Position numbers and translations under genes: made by a program | Notes under the pieces: model-generated | Databases searched by the model: none | What the model saw: only the letters and a program-made list of their open reading frames with translations | Told to the model about the DNA's origin: nothing | In this document: piece by piece, positions 39,786 through 53,748 of the stretch | Layout of the letters: each line of letters opens with the position of its first letter | Numbering within the stretch: the stretch's first letter is position 1 | Source: Gnetum montanum | Taxonomy: Eukaryota; Plantae; Gnetophyta | Reading direction: 5' to 3' | DNA length: 64,000 nucleotides | NCBI GenBank assembly: GCA_015680685.1 | Contig: MNCI01002316.1 | Location: forward strand, 1 to 64,000

Positions 39786-41551
39786 TGTAGTGACCAAAAA
39801 CATTGACAGCTCGAACACCGAGGGGTTTTTGGATGCATAACCTCGACCCCACATTTATGCAAGAGCCTTGCTAGAAAATGAAGGTGGAGTGCCCTGGACG
39901 ATCTTGTTGATTGAATAAGGACTTTGCTAGTTGCAACTAGGGTATTGGGTGTAGCTAGGGTGTGGCATGATTAGCCAAAATGCAAGTGTTGATGTTGTGA
40001 AATAATGCTAAGTGTTCTAATGGTATCTTTGGTAATACTAGGGCCGACTAAGCTTGAGCATAGCAGGGTTTCCTGATGCGAGAATGATGGTGCAAACATG
40101 CAAAAAATGTGTGAAGTGATGAGAAGATGCAAATGCAACACTAAAATGTCAAAGAAAAATGCATTAGAAATGTGTAAAAATGCAAAGGAGTTTGAGAGAG
40201 ATAGAATGGCACCACCCCAAATGGGGAGCATAGCAATTACAAAAGAGAGGTGAGAAGGTACACGGTGTATAGATAGGCATAGTAGCAATGTAGCCACAGT
40301 CTCTAAGATGTTCTAGGATGAAGATTAACATCCATTGTGAACTCTATGCTTACTAGGTTGGTTGCTGCGGTGTCCTGCAGGTTGCGGTGTGCTACAGTGC
40401 TAAATGGGATGCAAAGGTATTGCCAAGGTGCTGATATGCTCCAGTGTGCAAGGTGCTCAAGGTACCTCAAGTGCCAAGTGGTACTCTAAAAATTCCAATT
40501 GCTGCTTAAATTTTTCAACCAAGTGCTTCAACATGTCCACTACTAAAATGAATTACCAACCACCCCTAACATGTGAAACCTAGGGGTATTTATAGGGTTA
40601 GGTTTAGCGTGAAGTATGGATCAAGCACCATGTGGCAAGGGGGGGTAGGTGAGGCTATGCTAACCCCAACTATGCTTCCATTGGAGCAACTAGTGCTATG
40701 CTCTAGTGTGCTCCACTAGACCCCAAGAGACTGCCAGACTGTGACTATGCTACCAAGACTATGTGTGCCAAAGTAAAAAAATATCACAATGTACTTGCAA
40801 ACAATGCAAAATAGTGCAATTCGGAGGCTATGCTTTGGGACTACACTCTTCCCTCTTTCAAGTGGAGTTGAGCATAGGTAAAATTTTGGGACATAGGGGG
40901 TGCAAAGAAAGTGTAATTTGTTGACCCTACTTTCCTAAGTAGTGTTGGAGCTTGAATGAAGGCCTGTGCTACGCTCTAGAAGCTTTTGGAGGTAGTTCCA
41001 TGTTGCTACGCTAGTTACACTCTGGAGCGTAGCCCAACAATTAGGCAAATTTTGTAAAAAACTAAAGTCTAGTGCTGCTACACTTGCTATGCTCATGAGC
41101 ATAGCAGGAAGGGATAGGGAATAGCATAGACACTTAGAAAAATATGGTAAAAATTGTAGTCTTTATTCTTGCTACGCTAGCTATGCTCTGGAGCGTAGTA
41201 GGAGGGGTACCCTCAGGAGTTAGAAAATCTACCAAACTGTTTCTTCCATTTTGAGCTAGCTTGACACTCATGCAAATTAGCCACTAGAGTGTTACTACAC
41301 TTGCTATGCTCATGAGCATAGCAGGAGGAATGGGAGTATAGTAGGACACTTAGAACAATTTCTGCAACCATTGTTAACACTTAGAAAATTTTGCAAACCT
41401 TGTTTTATGCTGCATGCTACGCTGGCTATGCTCTAGATTGTAGTCCTAGTAGTGGGATCATGGATCAAACACTTAGAAAAAATTTGCCTCATGCTGACAT
41501 TTAGAAAATTTTTTCATTAAAGTGTTGTTACCAAAATTTGATGGTGTTTCA
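39786..41551 (-). repeat. 3' LTR of element D
   Basis: TGTAGTGACC...GGTGTTTCA; collinear with 58146-59866. Confidence 0.9.
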
Positions 41552-43200
41552 TTGGCCCTTTGTTGACATTTGGAGGAGTGGCCTAAGAGACGTCGAAAAA
41601 GAATCCAAAAGACCATAGTAGGCATGGCACCAACATTGCTCATTAATACCTAGTTAGAGGATGCTTCATTGAGCTTAAGAGTGATGAAGGAAATGGTATG
41701 CTAAGGTTAATGGATGTAGGGAATTGGCTTGGGAATAGCAAGGGAGGAATGAGATACCAACAATGTATCATACTACAAGACGCAGGGTTAGCATGGCTGA
41801 TCATGATCATGATACTAGGGTGGCTTGTTGCTGAAATGATGGCCTCTTGTTGAAGTGCTTATGAGAGAGCCTTTGCCCATAGCACTAGAATGGCTTACCC
41901 CTGACATGTTGGCCTCTTGTTGGAGTGCTTATGAGAAAGTCAATGTGAATTTATGGTTGGACCGGTTGCAAAATTCTAGCTTTGCTACTTTGCTTAGGGA
42001 CATGTTTTACCCCATTCTTTCTTTTTTTTTTCTTTTTCTTTTTTGTGATATGCTAGCTACAAGATGCTTATCATTTAGTGGACTACATGCCACTCGATGA
42101 GGTTTACTTAGAGGTAATCATGTCACATATGTAGGATAGGTGTTTCCTCCCTAGGATGAGTTGTGTTACATCCACTTGGGCTTTGACCAGTTCACAGAGG
42201 CTTCCCATGGGACGAGTTGTGTTACATCCATCATGGATTCTATGGTTGACAAAAAGAAGAGTGTCATGTGCATTGGAGAAGGTAGCAGGGAAGGCGAGAA
42301 AATGTAAGTTAAAGGGGTAGTTGCAAGTAAGCTATAGCAAGGTAATAGGAATATGCACTCTTGAGTGGCTTCACAAGTCCAACCAAGCACATCAGAGTAA
42401 TGTGGTGACTTGTCACTGCAATGAAATGTGTCCCTAAATGATCACCTTCAAGGCTTTTTCCTACAAACACAACACAAAGTAAACAAGAAAAAACAACCAC
42501 ACAGCATGTGAGATAAGAGAAAACTGCTAATTGTGAAGGTGTTGTAAGTGCCACAAGTGTTGGACTAGTTACAAGGGTTTACAATTCCAAAGTAGGAAGG
42601 CTATTGTAGGTGTGGAAGCTAGAAGGCTACAAAAGCTCTAGTAGCCACATCGGAAGTAAGCACCCAAGGGAGGCCAGCAAAGCAACCAAGGGCGATGTTG
42701 ATGCAGGTGCTCGAGACTCCACACCAAGGACAGGAACTTGGAAACCCAACAGAATGGTAGGGAGCCAAGCTACTAGATACACTTCCAAGCCCAGGTAATG
42801 GTGAGGGTTGAAGGATGGTAGTGCTATGGCTGGGTCACAGTATTGCTAGGGCTCTTGAGGATGGTGCTAATGGTGAGAGCTCCAACCAATAATGAAATAC
42901 CCAAGGCTAGTGATGCTATTGGCACGACCTAGGGATGGTACTATTGGCAATGGTGGTGGTAGCTCTGGAAGGTTAGCAAAATGCCTAAGGGCATCTCTAG
43001 AGGATCAGCAAAATGCTAAGGGAAGTAATGATGCAAATGTTTTAGAGGCTTTTTTTGGATGATTTGGACTTCATTCTAGAATTGCAATGTCCCACCCCAC
43101 CTTGCCCATGAGATGTGGGTAGATGATGGAGGATTGGAAGTATGCGTGCTCACTTGTCCACAGAACCATGATTGTTGAGCCATGTGTGTTAAATTGTGAA

Positions 43201-43628
43201 CCCAATTTAAGGTCCTAGTAGACTGCATGCTATGCTAGTTTAAGGTTCTAGTAGACTGTGAACTTAGTTTAAGGTCCTGGTAAATCATGATGTGCTAGTT
43301 TAAGGTCCTACCAGATCATGGTGCGCTAGTTTATAGTCCTAGCAGATTGTTGTGTGCTAGTTTAACATCGTAGTAGACAATGGATGTTGTGCTAGTTTAA
43401 CATCATAGCCCGAGGATGTTTTGTGCTAGTTTATAGTCATAGTATATTGTCTATGCCAGTTTAACATCATAGCACATGCTCTGTGCTAGTTTAACATTGT
43501 AGAAAATGCTTTATGCTAGTTTAACATTGTAGTGGATGCTTTGTGCTAGTTTAATGTCATAGTAGATGTTCTGTGCTAATTTAATGTCATAGTAGATGCT
43601 CTGTGCCAATTTAATGTCATAGTGGATG
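43201..43628. repeat. Array of 14 ~30-bp units (GCTAGTTTAA plus 4-bp stem/6-nt loop) in the 3' UTR of element D
   Basis: Motif at 43201, 43234, 43263, 43294, 43325, 43356, 43391, 43425, 43455, 43485, 43515, 43545, 43575 and 43605. Confidence 0.9.
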
Positions 43629-46600
43629 CTCTACTCACCTTACTTTTACTGATGTGGTGATGCATCTTAGGCATCGTATGGCTTCGGGTAGGAATGGTTG
43701 ACCAGATTAGCAAATTCGTTGCCATCTAGATCAGCAAGCTTGAATGCTCCATTATCATAGGCCTTAGTGACCAAGAAAGGCCCTTCCCAATTAACTGAGA
43801 ATTTATCTATGGATTCACAAATGACCTTGAGAACTAAGTTCCCCATCTTAATCAAGTGTTGATGCTGATTGTGGTGATGCTTTTGCCATTACTTTTCTTG
43901 ATACCATTTGATGCAGTTAAGCATTTGCATGCACTCCTCTTCTATAGAGTCAAGCTCAATGGTTCTCAACTCATTATTTTGAGCCTCATCAATGAAGCTC
44001 GAGAGGATCATGTGGAGCAATGGGACTACAATTCAAGAGGAAAAATGGCTTCAGACCTATACATAAGGTTATATGACATCTTACTTGTTGCTATTTTGTG
44101 CATGGTGCGGTAGGCCCATAGTGTGTAGACCAGTTGCTTGTGCCATTGTCATTTGCTACTGCTAAGCATCTTCTTTAGAAGGTTAGTTATAACCTTGTTT
44201 GTGGCCTCCACCTGGCCATTCATCTACAAGTAATATGATGACAAGAAAGAATGCTTGATGCCAAGGTATTCGTAGAAGGCTTTGGTCTCTGCACTACTAA
44301 ACTATGGTCCATTGTCCATGATAATGGTCATGGGTAGGCAAATCAGGTTACTATATTATCAAGGATGAATTTGCAAACATGTTGCGATGTTGGCTTCCTA
44401 AGGGGAATAGCTTCAACCCATTTAGTAAAGTATTCAGTTACAGTTATGATGAAGCTATGTCCTGTGGAGGACTTAGGCATGATGGACCCTATGATATCCA
44501 ACCCCCAACATTGGAACAGCCACATGATCTACATGGTGTGCAGTTCAATGGGTGGTACATGCATTAAGTTGTCATGCTATTGACACACGTCACATGTCTT
44601 AACCTTGGAAATGCAATTGCACTCCATGTAAGACCAATAGTAGCCTAAGCATCTAATTTTCTATGCCATTGCCCTGGGTGCTATGTGGCCTGTGCACAGT
44701 CCCTTGTGGACTTGATCAATGATCGTTTGCACTTCATTGTTGCTAACACAAGTCAATAGTATGCCATCATAAGATCTACAACAAAGTGTGCTATCATGTA
44801 CAATGATGTACTACTATGACTATTTTCACATTGCATCCTTTTGGGTAGTGGTCAAATGTTGTAGAGGTCCACCCTATTGAAGGTACACCTTAATGTCATC
44901 ATATCATTCTTGTGCATGAGCTATGCTTGTTGTGGCTACAAATGTAATGTTAGTTACTTGTATGATGAGCTTGGTGCAATTCATTATTGAAGTGGGCAAG
45001 GCATGAAACATGTTAAGTATAATACCTGAGGCTAATGTGGCTAATGTGTCAGTAATGGCATTCTCATTGCAGGGGATGTGCTGGATATCTATAGTTGTAG
45101 ACTATCGGAGTAAGTGCTTTGCCAAGTCACAATAAGGTTGTAAATTTTGTGCTTTACAAACATAAACCTTTGTAACTTGATTGATGACTAACTACAAATC
45201 ACCATGGATTGCTATGTTTCAGATTCTTAGGTCACAAGCTGCTATAAGACCTCTAAGGAGACCTTCATACTCCGTTGTGTTGTTAGTACAAGGAAATGAG
45301 AAGTAATATGTGAAGGATGAGATCTCCCTAGAGGGAAGCATGATGACAGCAATGGCACTAACCCCTTAAGAGGTTGAGGTGCCATTGAAGTATAAAATCA
45401 CCTCAAATTTGGTAGGCACTTGGCTTATATTGCTACATGCTCGTTCAGGAATTTCGAGTCTATCGTTGCTTGATCATTTATTGGTGAAACTATTAGTTGT
45501 GTGGCTATTGCTTGACCTTTGGTTGATGCTTACACTATGTAATGTAGGTCAAACTTTGTGGTTATTGCTTTCCACCATGCAATTCAACTACTTTTGTAGA
45601 TGTTCGTTGTGATTGCCCAAAGTACATTGCTTTTGTAGATGACATTTACCTAGCTATGGAAGAGATAATGCCTTCACTTCTTAAGTGTAAAGACTAAGGT
45701 GAGGTAGTTCTTTTCCACATCATTGTATTTTGCTTCATGGGAACACATAGCTTAGGTAGTTGAAAAGGACCTCTAAGCCATCATTTCACTTTTGGCAAAG
45801 CAGAGAAGAGATGGATGCATTGAAAGTTGCAAGGTAGATGTAAAAGGGTTTACCTCCTTGCAGAGGGTAGACTATTGGAAGCTAAGTCATCTCTTGTTTG
45901 AGGTTGTCAAATGCCTCTTGGCATTGAGCTGTTCACTCGAAGTGGACTTCCTTTTTGAGAAAATGTTTCATTAGCTGCAACTTATTAGTCAACCATGCAA
46001 TAAACCAATGTATGAATTTCAATCTGCCTTGTAACCCACATAGCTCCTTGAGGTTAGTTGGCAGTGCTAAGTTAATGATGGCCTTAACCTTATTAGGGTC
46101 TACATGTATACCTACTTCTGATGCCACAAAGCCTAGCATGTAACCTATCTTGACATCGAATACACACTTCTTAGGATTCAACCTAAGGTCATGTCTAAGG
46201 CAACATTTGAATGCACGGTTTAAGTCATCTGCGTGATCATGTGCCATCTTGGACTTAACTGCTATGTCATCAACGTAGCCATTGAGCAAGTTTAACAAGT
46301 AGTCGCTAAAGATGTATGTCATGACATGTTGGTAGGTTGCTCCTACGTTCTTTAGTCCAAAAGGCATCATTGTATAGCAAAATGTACCCAAGGGGGTAAT
46401 GAATGTTGTACTAAGTTGGAGCTCTAGGTTGATCTGAACCTAGTTGTAACCAGAGAACCCATCCATAAAGGACAACAAGGCATGACTAGCCGTAGTATCA
46501 ACTAGTTGGTTGATGCTAGGCAATGGAAAATCATCTTTAATGGTTACTTTGTTTAGGTCCTAGAAGTCTATGTAAATGCATATGCTTCCATTTTTCTTAG

Positions 46601-47286
46601 GTGCAACCATGATGTTGGAGACCCAATCTGCATAGTCAACTACTTAAATGAAACTAGCCTTGTAGAGCTTGGTGATTTCATCACGAACTACCAATGCCAC
46701 CTTAGGCCTAACCTTGTAAGCTTTCTGCTTAATTGGTTTTATGTGAGAATTGAGGATGATGTTGTGTTATACTATGCAAGGATCTAGGCCTGGCATGTCC
46801 TTGTAGGACCATGCGAATGCCTTGATGTTTTCATTAAGAACTTTGATGATGCTTTGGATGTGTTGAAGCTCTAACAAGGAACTAAGTTTTAGTGTCTTTC
46901 CTCACCACTAAGTGCTGCTATAGGGACTTCGACGAGGGGATCCTCAATGATGTCACCTACCTCTAGATCGAGAGCCCTAACTAGATGTTCAGGCCAATCT
47001 AGTGGTGCTTCTAAAATTGTTACATAGTCATCACAGGCCATGGGCTCAAGGTCTAGGTATAGGGCATTAATGCATCAGGTGAGATCACCATGAGGTTCAA
47101 TGACAACCAAAGGTGAACAAAAACACTTGTATGTGCTCATGTTGTAATCCTGTGACATACCCTACAAAACAAGTAGAAAAAAGGTTAAGCTACACCTATC
47201 TTAATAGAGTGCATAGAATGATGAAAGCAATGCAACAAGAAATTGCCTAAATGTGCAAAAGTAGATTTAGAAAAGCAAATATGTGA

Positions 47287-47403
47287 GCTAGTTTTAGGCC
47301 TCAACAGGCCATGGATTGCCAGTTTAAGATCTTAGTGGATCATCGTTTGCTAGTTTAAGATTTTAGCAAACCATCATTTGCTAGTTTAAGGTCTAAGAGG
47401 ACC
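47287..47403. repeat. Array of four 31-bp GCTAGTTTAA stem-loop units
   Basis: Units at 47287, 47318, 47349 and 47380. Confidence 0.88.
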
Positions 47404-49479
47404 ATCGTTTGTGCAAGATGCATTGGTTAAAGTAAGGTAGAGAGTATCTAGAACATGGAACTGGGTTGAGCATTCGCTGGGCAACTAGAAAAATCTCAAA
47501 AAAATTTCTAAGTATGGGAATCATTAGAAAAATTTCAGAAATTTTTCTAACCCTAGATGCTATGCTCACCCCTTGCTACACTTGCCCTCCACAAAAACCC
47601 AAGAAAATTTGCCAAAGTTTTGATGTGCCAATGTGGTAGGTGACACATTTAATTACCATGGGGGTATATATGAGCATTTTACCAAGGGGTAAATTGTCAT
47701 TTTCCAAAGTGAAAATGGAAAATTATAGAGCATAGCATAGTCAAAGTGAGATGTGGAGCCCAAAGCGTAGTAAGAAGAGTGAAGCACCAGAGCATAGCAC
47801 CAAGATGACACACTATAGTGATCATCAACACCTCAAACTCACCAATCTGAAAGAGGGAAGATGAGCCTTGGAACACCTACCATGGGCTCAAGTCGAGAAA
47901 AGGAGAGCACCACTGATTGCCAAGTGCACCTGCTACACTCACTCCTTACCATCATTTTTGTTTCTTCATATTCTTGCTTCCCTTATCTAGTGTTGGGGTT
48001 TGAGTTTTGGGGTGGCCTACCTTGGTAGGGCCCATCATCGCCTTGGTCACCTTGGTGGTCATGGCTAAAGAGAGAAGACACATGTATAGGTTGTGGATTT
48101 GCGTTAGCATTTTGTTTCAGTTTTATGTTTGCATCAAATGGGACAAGGGGCAATGCATGAGCTACAGGGGTTTGATTCTACTTGAGGTATCATTTTGGAG
48201 CAAAGCAAGGAGGTTTTATTGCGTAAATTTCTATTTCCCTTGAGCGTTGTGACACATAGGATGAGGGAGAAGGAAAAAAATGAGGATTTTATTTTTTCAT
48301 TTTTGTGGCTTCGACGCATTGAGATAATGGAGGGTTTTTTTCTTTTGTGTGTTTCTACATGGGACAAGGAACCCTAGGTCATAGGTGATGGCTATTGGGA
48401 ATCACCATTGGTGGGGCAAGAGTGATGTCTTTGTGAAATATAGGGTTCAACCAATAGACTATTATTATTTTCTACTTCCCCTATTTTGTCTCTTATTTCC
48501 AAAAGCTGTGGCACATGAGAAGGAGGAGAGGGGCAAAAAATAAGGGCTTTGAACCTAAGTGCGGCGATGGGTATGGGGTAGAGGACTCATCTCTGCCACG
48601 TTCTTACTCCTTGAATATGTGCAGATGCGCATAGTGTGTGGATGAGTGAGGTAAGAGGAGGATGAGGGTAGGATACTACAAAGAGTAGGGATACATGAGA
48701 GTGCCATGAGGTGAATCCAAGGTGAAGGCAAAAGGGTGGGCTAGGCATCAAGGGATAGGAAATGTGCAGGGAAAGCTGTAGGGGTGGGGAAAGGGCCAAT
48801 AGCACAACCACAGGGATGACAACCATGGTGAAGGGGCAAATGGGGCTAAGGGGATTGCCAAGGCTGCAACCATGGAAAACCTAGTGCATACCATCAATGC
48901 GTGATGGCACTAGATAGTGCAGTGAAAGGGGGGGGGCATAGGATGCCTAGGACGATGGAGTGATGTGGTAGTGGAAGTAGCACTTAGGAAAAATCTCATC
49001 CTCTAGAAGCTATGCTCCTTGGGGAGTATAGTTAGCACTTAGGAAAAAGTGGTAAATTTTTGGATGCTTTGAGGTGTTACACTCCCAATAGTTAGAGTCT
49101 TTTTGTCAATTTACACAGGTCACATTCCTGGAGAGGAACAACCTAGAGTTAGAAATTTTTTTTCTTCTTTTGGGTACCCCATGCTACACTACCCAAAGTT
49201 CTTAAAAAAATTGCTAAGTATAGAAATGAAGTGCCAAACATAAAAAATGCTAAGTGTAGGGATGATAAGTGTAAGAATACCTCATGTGAAACAAAATGCT
49301 AAATGTATGAGAGCTTTGTCAAAGTGCCAAACTTGTTAACCAAACATGCAAAACTACTCAAAACATGCAAACTAGAATAAAGCAAACAATGTGAATGTAA
49401 AATGAACACTAGTGCTAAGTTAGTTCTATACCCCAATGAGCACCAGGTGCATCAAATGTGTTTTGATGTCCTATACTTA

Positions 49480-52400
49480 CGAAGCCTCATGGGGGACCCT
49501 AAGGATATATTTCTAAGTTGTGTTATTTTAGGCTAAATTTGCTAATTTTTGCTAAATGTGAGTTAATATTTCATGTCAATATCAATCTATTATGCGCTAA
49601 TGCTAAGTTCATTTGTTGTCTTGTGGTTGTAGAGTGCTACTGAAGCCTGTCTTAGTCATCATGGAGCTCATTAGCATTCTATACTGCATTAGTGAGCCTG
49701 TGCCCAACACACCTACACCTAATATGAAGTTAGATCATTAGGCAATGTGGTTTTGGCTAGGGGCTTCTAAATTCCTAACTTACTTGCTATAGCACTTTAG
49801 TGTGATCATGTGATTACACTTAGCAGTGAAGGTTGCAAGCACCATCACTAAGACATTATTGGCTAGGGCCAACTGGGACATACTGAGATTCATGTTTAAT
49901 AAGCCCATGACTAGTGGTGATCACGCAAGTGGCCCAACACTAAGTCCTAGGAGCATTCATCCCTTAGCCAAGATCTGGAGCATGCTAGAGTTCTCTTGTT
50001 ATAACAAGAGCAACACCCTCTTCATTGTCACGCCTATGCATACAATCTTCTATAACCCACCTGGGACTATATATTATGCTAGAGGGTAAGTTCTCTTGCT
50101 TTTCATTATGTCTCATTGTTATTGGCCATGCTAAATTTGCTAACTACTAACTATGGGTGTCTAATGCTAGGTATAAAGTTGATGATGAGGGACTCCATGA
50201 TGAGAGAGGGGCTCTTGCTTTGACTTGTACTGCACTAGAGGTACTTTCCTCTAGTCTAAACTTTTGGGAGGTCATTACTGAATAGGTGGGAAAGGACTTA
50301 GAGAACTACCCACTTAGTACCCTAAGGCATTTCAGCGATGTTGGATCTATGATAAGCTTGACAAGGGATGGGCTAGCAGTAAGCCTATCTTCAAAGAGCT
50401 TTTTGTGTCATTGCCTCTATCACATACATCATTTGTTCCATGTGGATGTTCATTATGTTAGCTTGGCTTTTATTTCTTATTCCCATGCACCCGTTGATTG
50501 CATGATGCTAACATTGCATTTTCCTATGTTACAACTACTATTGCTTTAGGAGAGGTGATAGTGGTCACCATTGGCTATAGTGAGGCCACCCTCATTATGA
50601 AGTATAGTGATGTAGAGGGGGCATAGAAGTGGCTATGCCATCAGGCCTCAAAGGCTTTGACCAATTAGCTTACACATGCTAGGTTGATGGACCTTTTCTT
50701 GGCCCTTAGCCCAAGCACTCTTTTGGCTGAGATGATGACTATCATTGACTCCTTCAACCTTGAAGCCTACCACTTTGTCACTCATGTACACAGAGTGAGG
50801 GTAGTCTTAGACCTTAGCGATGCTTTCTTCGCTGACTTCTTTGGCCTCCCCTTTGAGGGCCCATCAATCATTGACAAGCCTAACTGAGAGGTGAACCATA
50901 GGGAAGAGATCGAAGAGTGGCTAGGAATCACTCACTCTCGTAAAGGCATCATGGTTGGAAATGTGCATGTGCCTAAGGTCCATAGGCTTTACACTCTTCT
51001 TTGTATCCATGCCTTTTCTAAGCTGCTCTCCCAAGGAAAGGTCCTTGGGGTGGAGCAAGCGAGGGTGGTGCGAGAGGTCATAGAGGAGGCAATCAAGTTT
51101 AACTAAGCCTCCTCTATCACCACTAGACTGTAGGAAAATATTACTAGGCTTTTCCACAACATCCATGTGTAGTATCACTTTCACTTTGCATTCTTTGTAG
51201 CCTATTTGTGAAGGCTTGCAAAGTTCCTAGTGATCAGGGATAGTGGACCTTGGGTAATGCAGGATGACCAGCAACTGTCCAAGTCATGGGTTAAGCACTT
51301 GTTCACCACCACTTGTGTGTAGGACCCTCTAGAGGGGATTGAGGAGTCATATCTAGTTACAATGAAGACACATCTGGGGAGGTCACAGTTACCTTATTCT
51401 CGTGATAGTGCAAGTGAGTGTCCACCAATTGTTATTGGGAATGTGAACAGGTTTGAGTGATACATTGCCAAGATAGTGGAGTCCTCTAAGGAAAAAATCA
51501 AGAGGCTATGCTAAACAGAGGAGACTCCCCCTGCAGTTGGACAAGCAAGCATCAAGATGGTTTTCCTCAAGATACCCACACTCTGTTCAATGATTGCAAG
51601 TTAGTGTATATCATAGATGCATTTGGTTTATGTTTTTTTCTTTTTTTGTGTTATATTATGCTAATACTACTATGCTATGTTTGTGAATTAGGCAAGAGGG
51701 TTGCTAAGGAAGAAATGGTGGTGATAGCAAAGGCAACAAACATGACCCCTCCTTAGGTTGAAGAAAAGCTAGCATGCGAGGAGAAGCCACCGAAGGCCCT
51801 AGAAATCTCCCAATAGTTTGATGTAGTGGGGTTGTTCCACCCTAAGCGTGACTTCACCAACCTCTTCAATGGTGTGTAGCTAGGAGATCTACCTATAGTA
51901 ACATCTAAGGGCTTGCTCAGTGAGCACTTTGTGTTACCATCTATCCTTGACTTTTGCTCTTAAGCCTTTAACTGCTTAGTTATCATTAAGTGTTTCATTG
52001 TGTTGTATTGCAGTCTTGGATCTTCCTACTAGTGATCTACCACCTATGCCCATCCACCACATGAAGCAATGGGTAGAAACACCAAATAAATTCACCTCCA
52101 TGGAAGGCATCATGGAGGACATGGTGGACCACATTTAACAAGTGGATCCTAAACTTAGTATGTATGCAATTTTGCTTGAACCATTTTACCAATTTCATGC
52201 TTAGTTTGTTGCTAATATTTGTTTGTTCATTGTATGCTAATAGCTCTAAGCTTTGTTGGGATCTAAACTAGGTAGCTCATGTGGATGTCATCCTTGAGTT
52301 TTCCCCCAAGGTGGAGTAGGTGCCTCATCATGTGTACGAGGTAGTGAGCAAGTGCGTGATTTCTAATGTGTAGGTATTGTAGACCTGTAGGTGCTGAAAC

Positions 52401-53260
52401 GAGCACCTATGAAAATGTGTGCATGAGATCCAGGAGACAATGGTAAGCTTGACCAAAAAGAATGAGGACCTCCAGTCCTATTATCATTTCTTGTCAGCTT
52501 AGGCACAATAGGATAGTACCTAGTGGACATCAGAGATGGATTATGCCAGATACTGGTCGATGATTCAAGGTAAGAATGAGGCTACCTAATAGATCGTCAA
52601 GCAAAGGTTGTAGATGGATCTACTCTCCTAAAAAAATCAAGAGTGGAAAAGCTTTAGTGCCAAGGTGTGCAAGTGGAGGCATATGTAGAGGAACCACAAG
52701 TGCCACAATAAGCATTAGTGAGATGCCTATTTGTAGCAACTCAAGGATGAGTCTGTGAAGGCTCTTTTCCTTGACATGTTTGTTGAGGCAATTAGCAAGA
52801 GTTGGGCCTTCAAGCTATTTGCTCAAAATATAGTGGTTAGTGGCTCCTCAAAGCAAGAGATTACCCTGCCCTCAAGGGAGGCTTCTATGGTCATCTTTTC
52901 TATGCAACCTTCAAAATGGACCACCATGGATGAGGACAAGACCCTTGTAGATGTTGACTTTAGCCATGAGGACTAGACATGGTTATTAGAGGTCGAGATC
53001 CTCCAACGCTTGGAGGAGGGCTTTGATAGATTGTCCCCAGTGTCTGATGTAGGACCCTCTCAAGTTATTTTTGCTTTTTTTTAATGCTTTTTATGTGTCA
53101 GTTTTGCACATTAATTTTTTATTTTAGTTTTGCACTTGCTGATTAATTTTTTGTTTTGTATTTCTTTTGAGCAAGCATTAGGGAATGTCGTAGGCCCCAG
53201 TGAAGCAACAAATGATGAGAAGGAGGAGCCTCAATCCCTACCAGACACCACCGGCTAAGT
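49480..53260 (+). pseudogene. Antisense multi-exon gene remnant inside element D (plant-transposon-protein-like domain plus coiled coil)
   Basis: Contiguous + frame 50684-51106 (RVVLDLSDAFFADFFGLPFEG...AIKFN*A). T-rich ~55-130 bp intron-like segments, e.g. G|GTAAGT 50086..CTAATGCTAG 50170, ..TTGCTTTAG 50549, ..GTATTGCAG 52013, GTATGT 52158..CTAATAG 52243. AATAAA near 53354. Confidence 0.55.
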
Positions 53261-53468
53261 AAACTTGATGTAGCCCTGCTGTTGGGAAATTTTTCACTTT
53301 GGCCATTTTTGTTGGATGGTCATGCTATGTACTCCTACTGATGGAAATATAATAAAACTTATACTTTTTGGGATGAGGATTGTGTGTGAAAATTCATGTT
53401 TATTTTGCTAACTTTTTAATGTGAATAATGCAACTAGTTGATGCAATTAGGCCCCTTGTGAACCCCAT

Positions 53469-53748
53469 GCCAATTTAAGGCCATGGCAAAAGGGTTGTTA
53501 CTAGTTTAAGGCCATTTCAGGCCACAACGATTACTAGTTTAAGGCCATTTCAAGCCATAAATAAAAGGGGAATTGTTGCTAGTTTTAGGCCATGGCAAGT
53601 CATGAGATGCCAATTTAAGGCCATGGTAAGCTATGTCCTAGCTTAAGGCCTTTTCAGGCCATGAAAATGTAAGAAAGATTACTAGTTAAGGCCATGGTAG
53701 GCCGTGTAATGGGGGAAAAATGTTGCTAGTTTTAGGCTGTAGCGGGCC
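53469..53748. repeat. Array of eight irregularly spaced GCTAGTTTAA-GGCC-N6-GGCC units
   Basis: For example ACTAGTTTAAGGCCATTTCAGGCC and CCTAGCTTAAGGCCTTTTCAGGCC. Confidence 0.88.

Noticed and set aside
43201-43628. CRISPR-like appearance (constant repeat plus variable spacer)
   Set aside because: Eukaryotic retrotransposon UTR; the repeat is only ~10 bp, the spacers are related to each other, and there are no cas genes.
53469-53748. Hammerhead ribozyme (retrozyme-like) interpretation of the hairpin units
   Set aside because: No CUGANGA...GAAA core in the required arrangement was seen on either strand.
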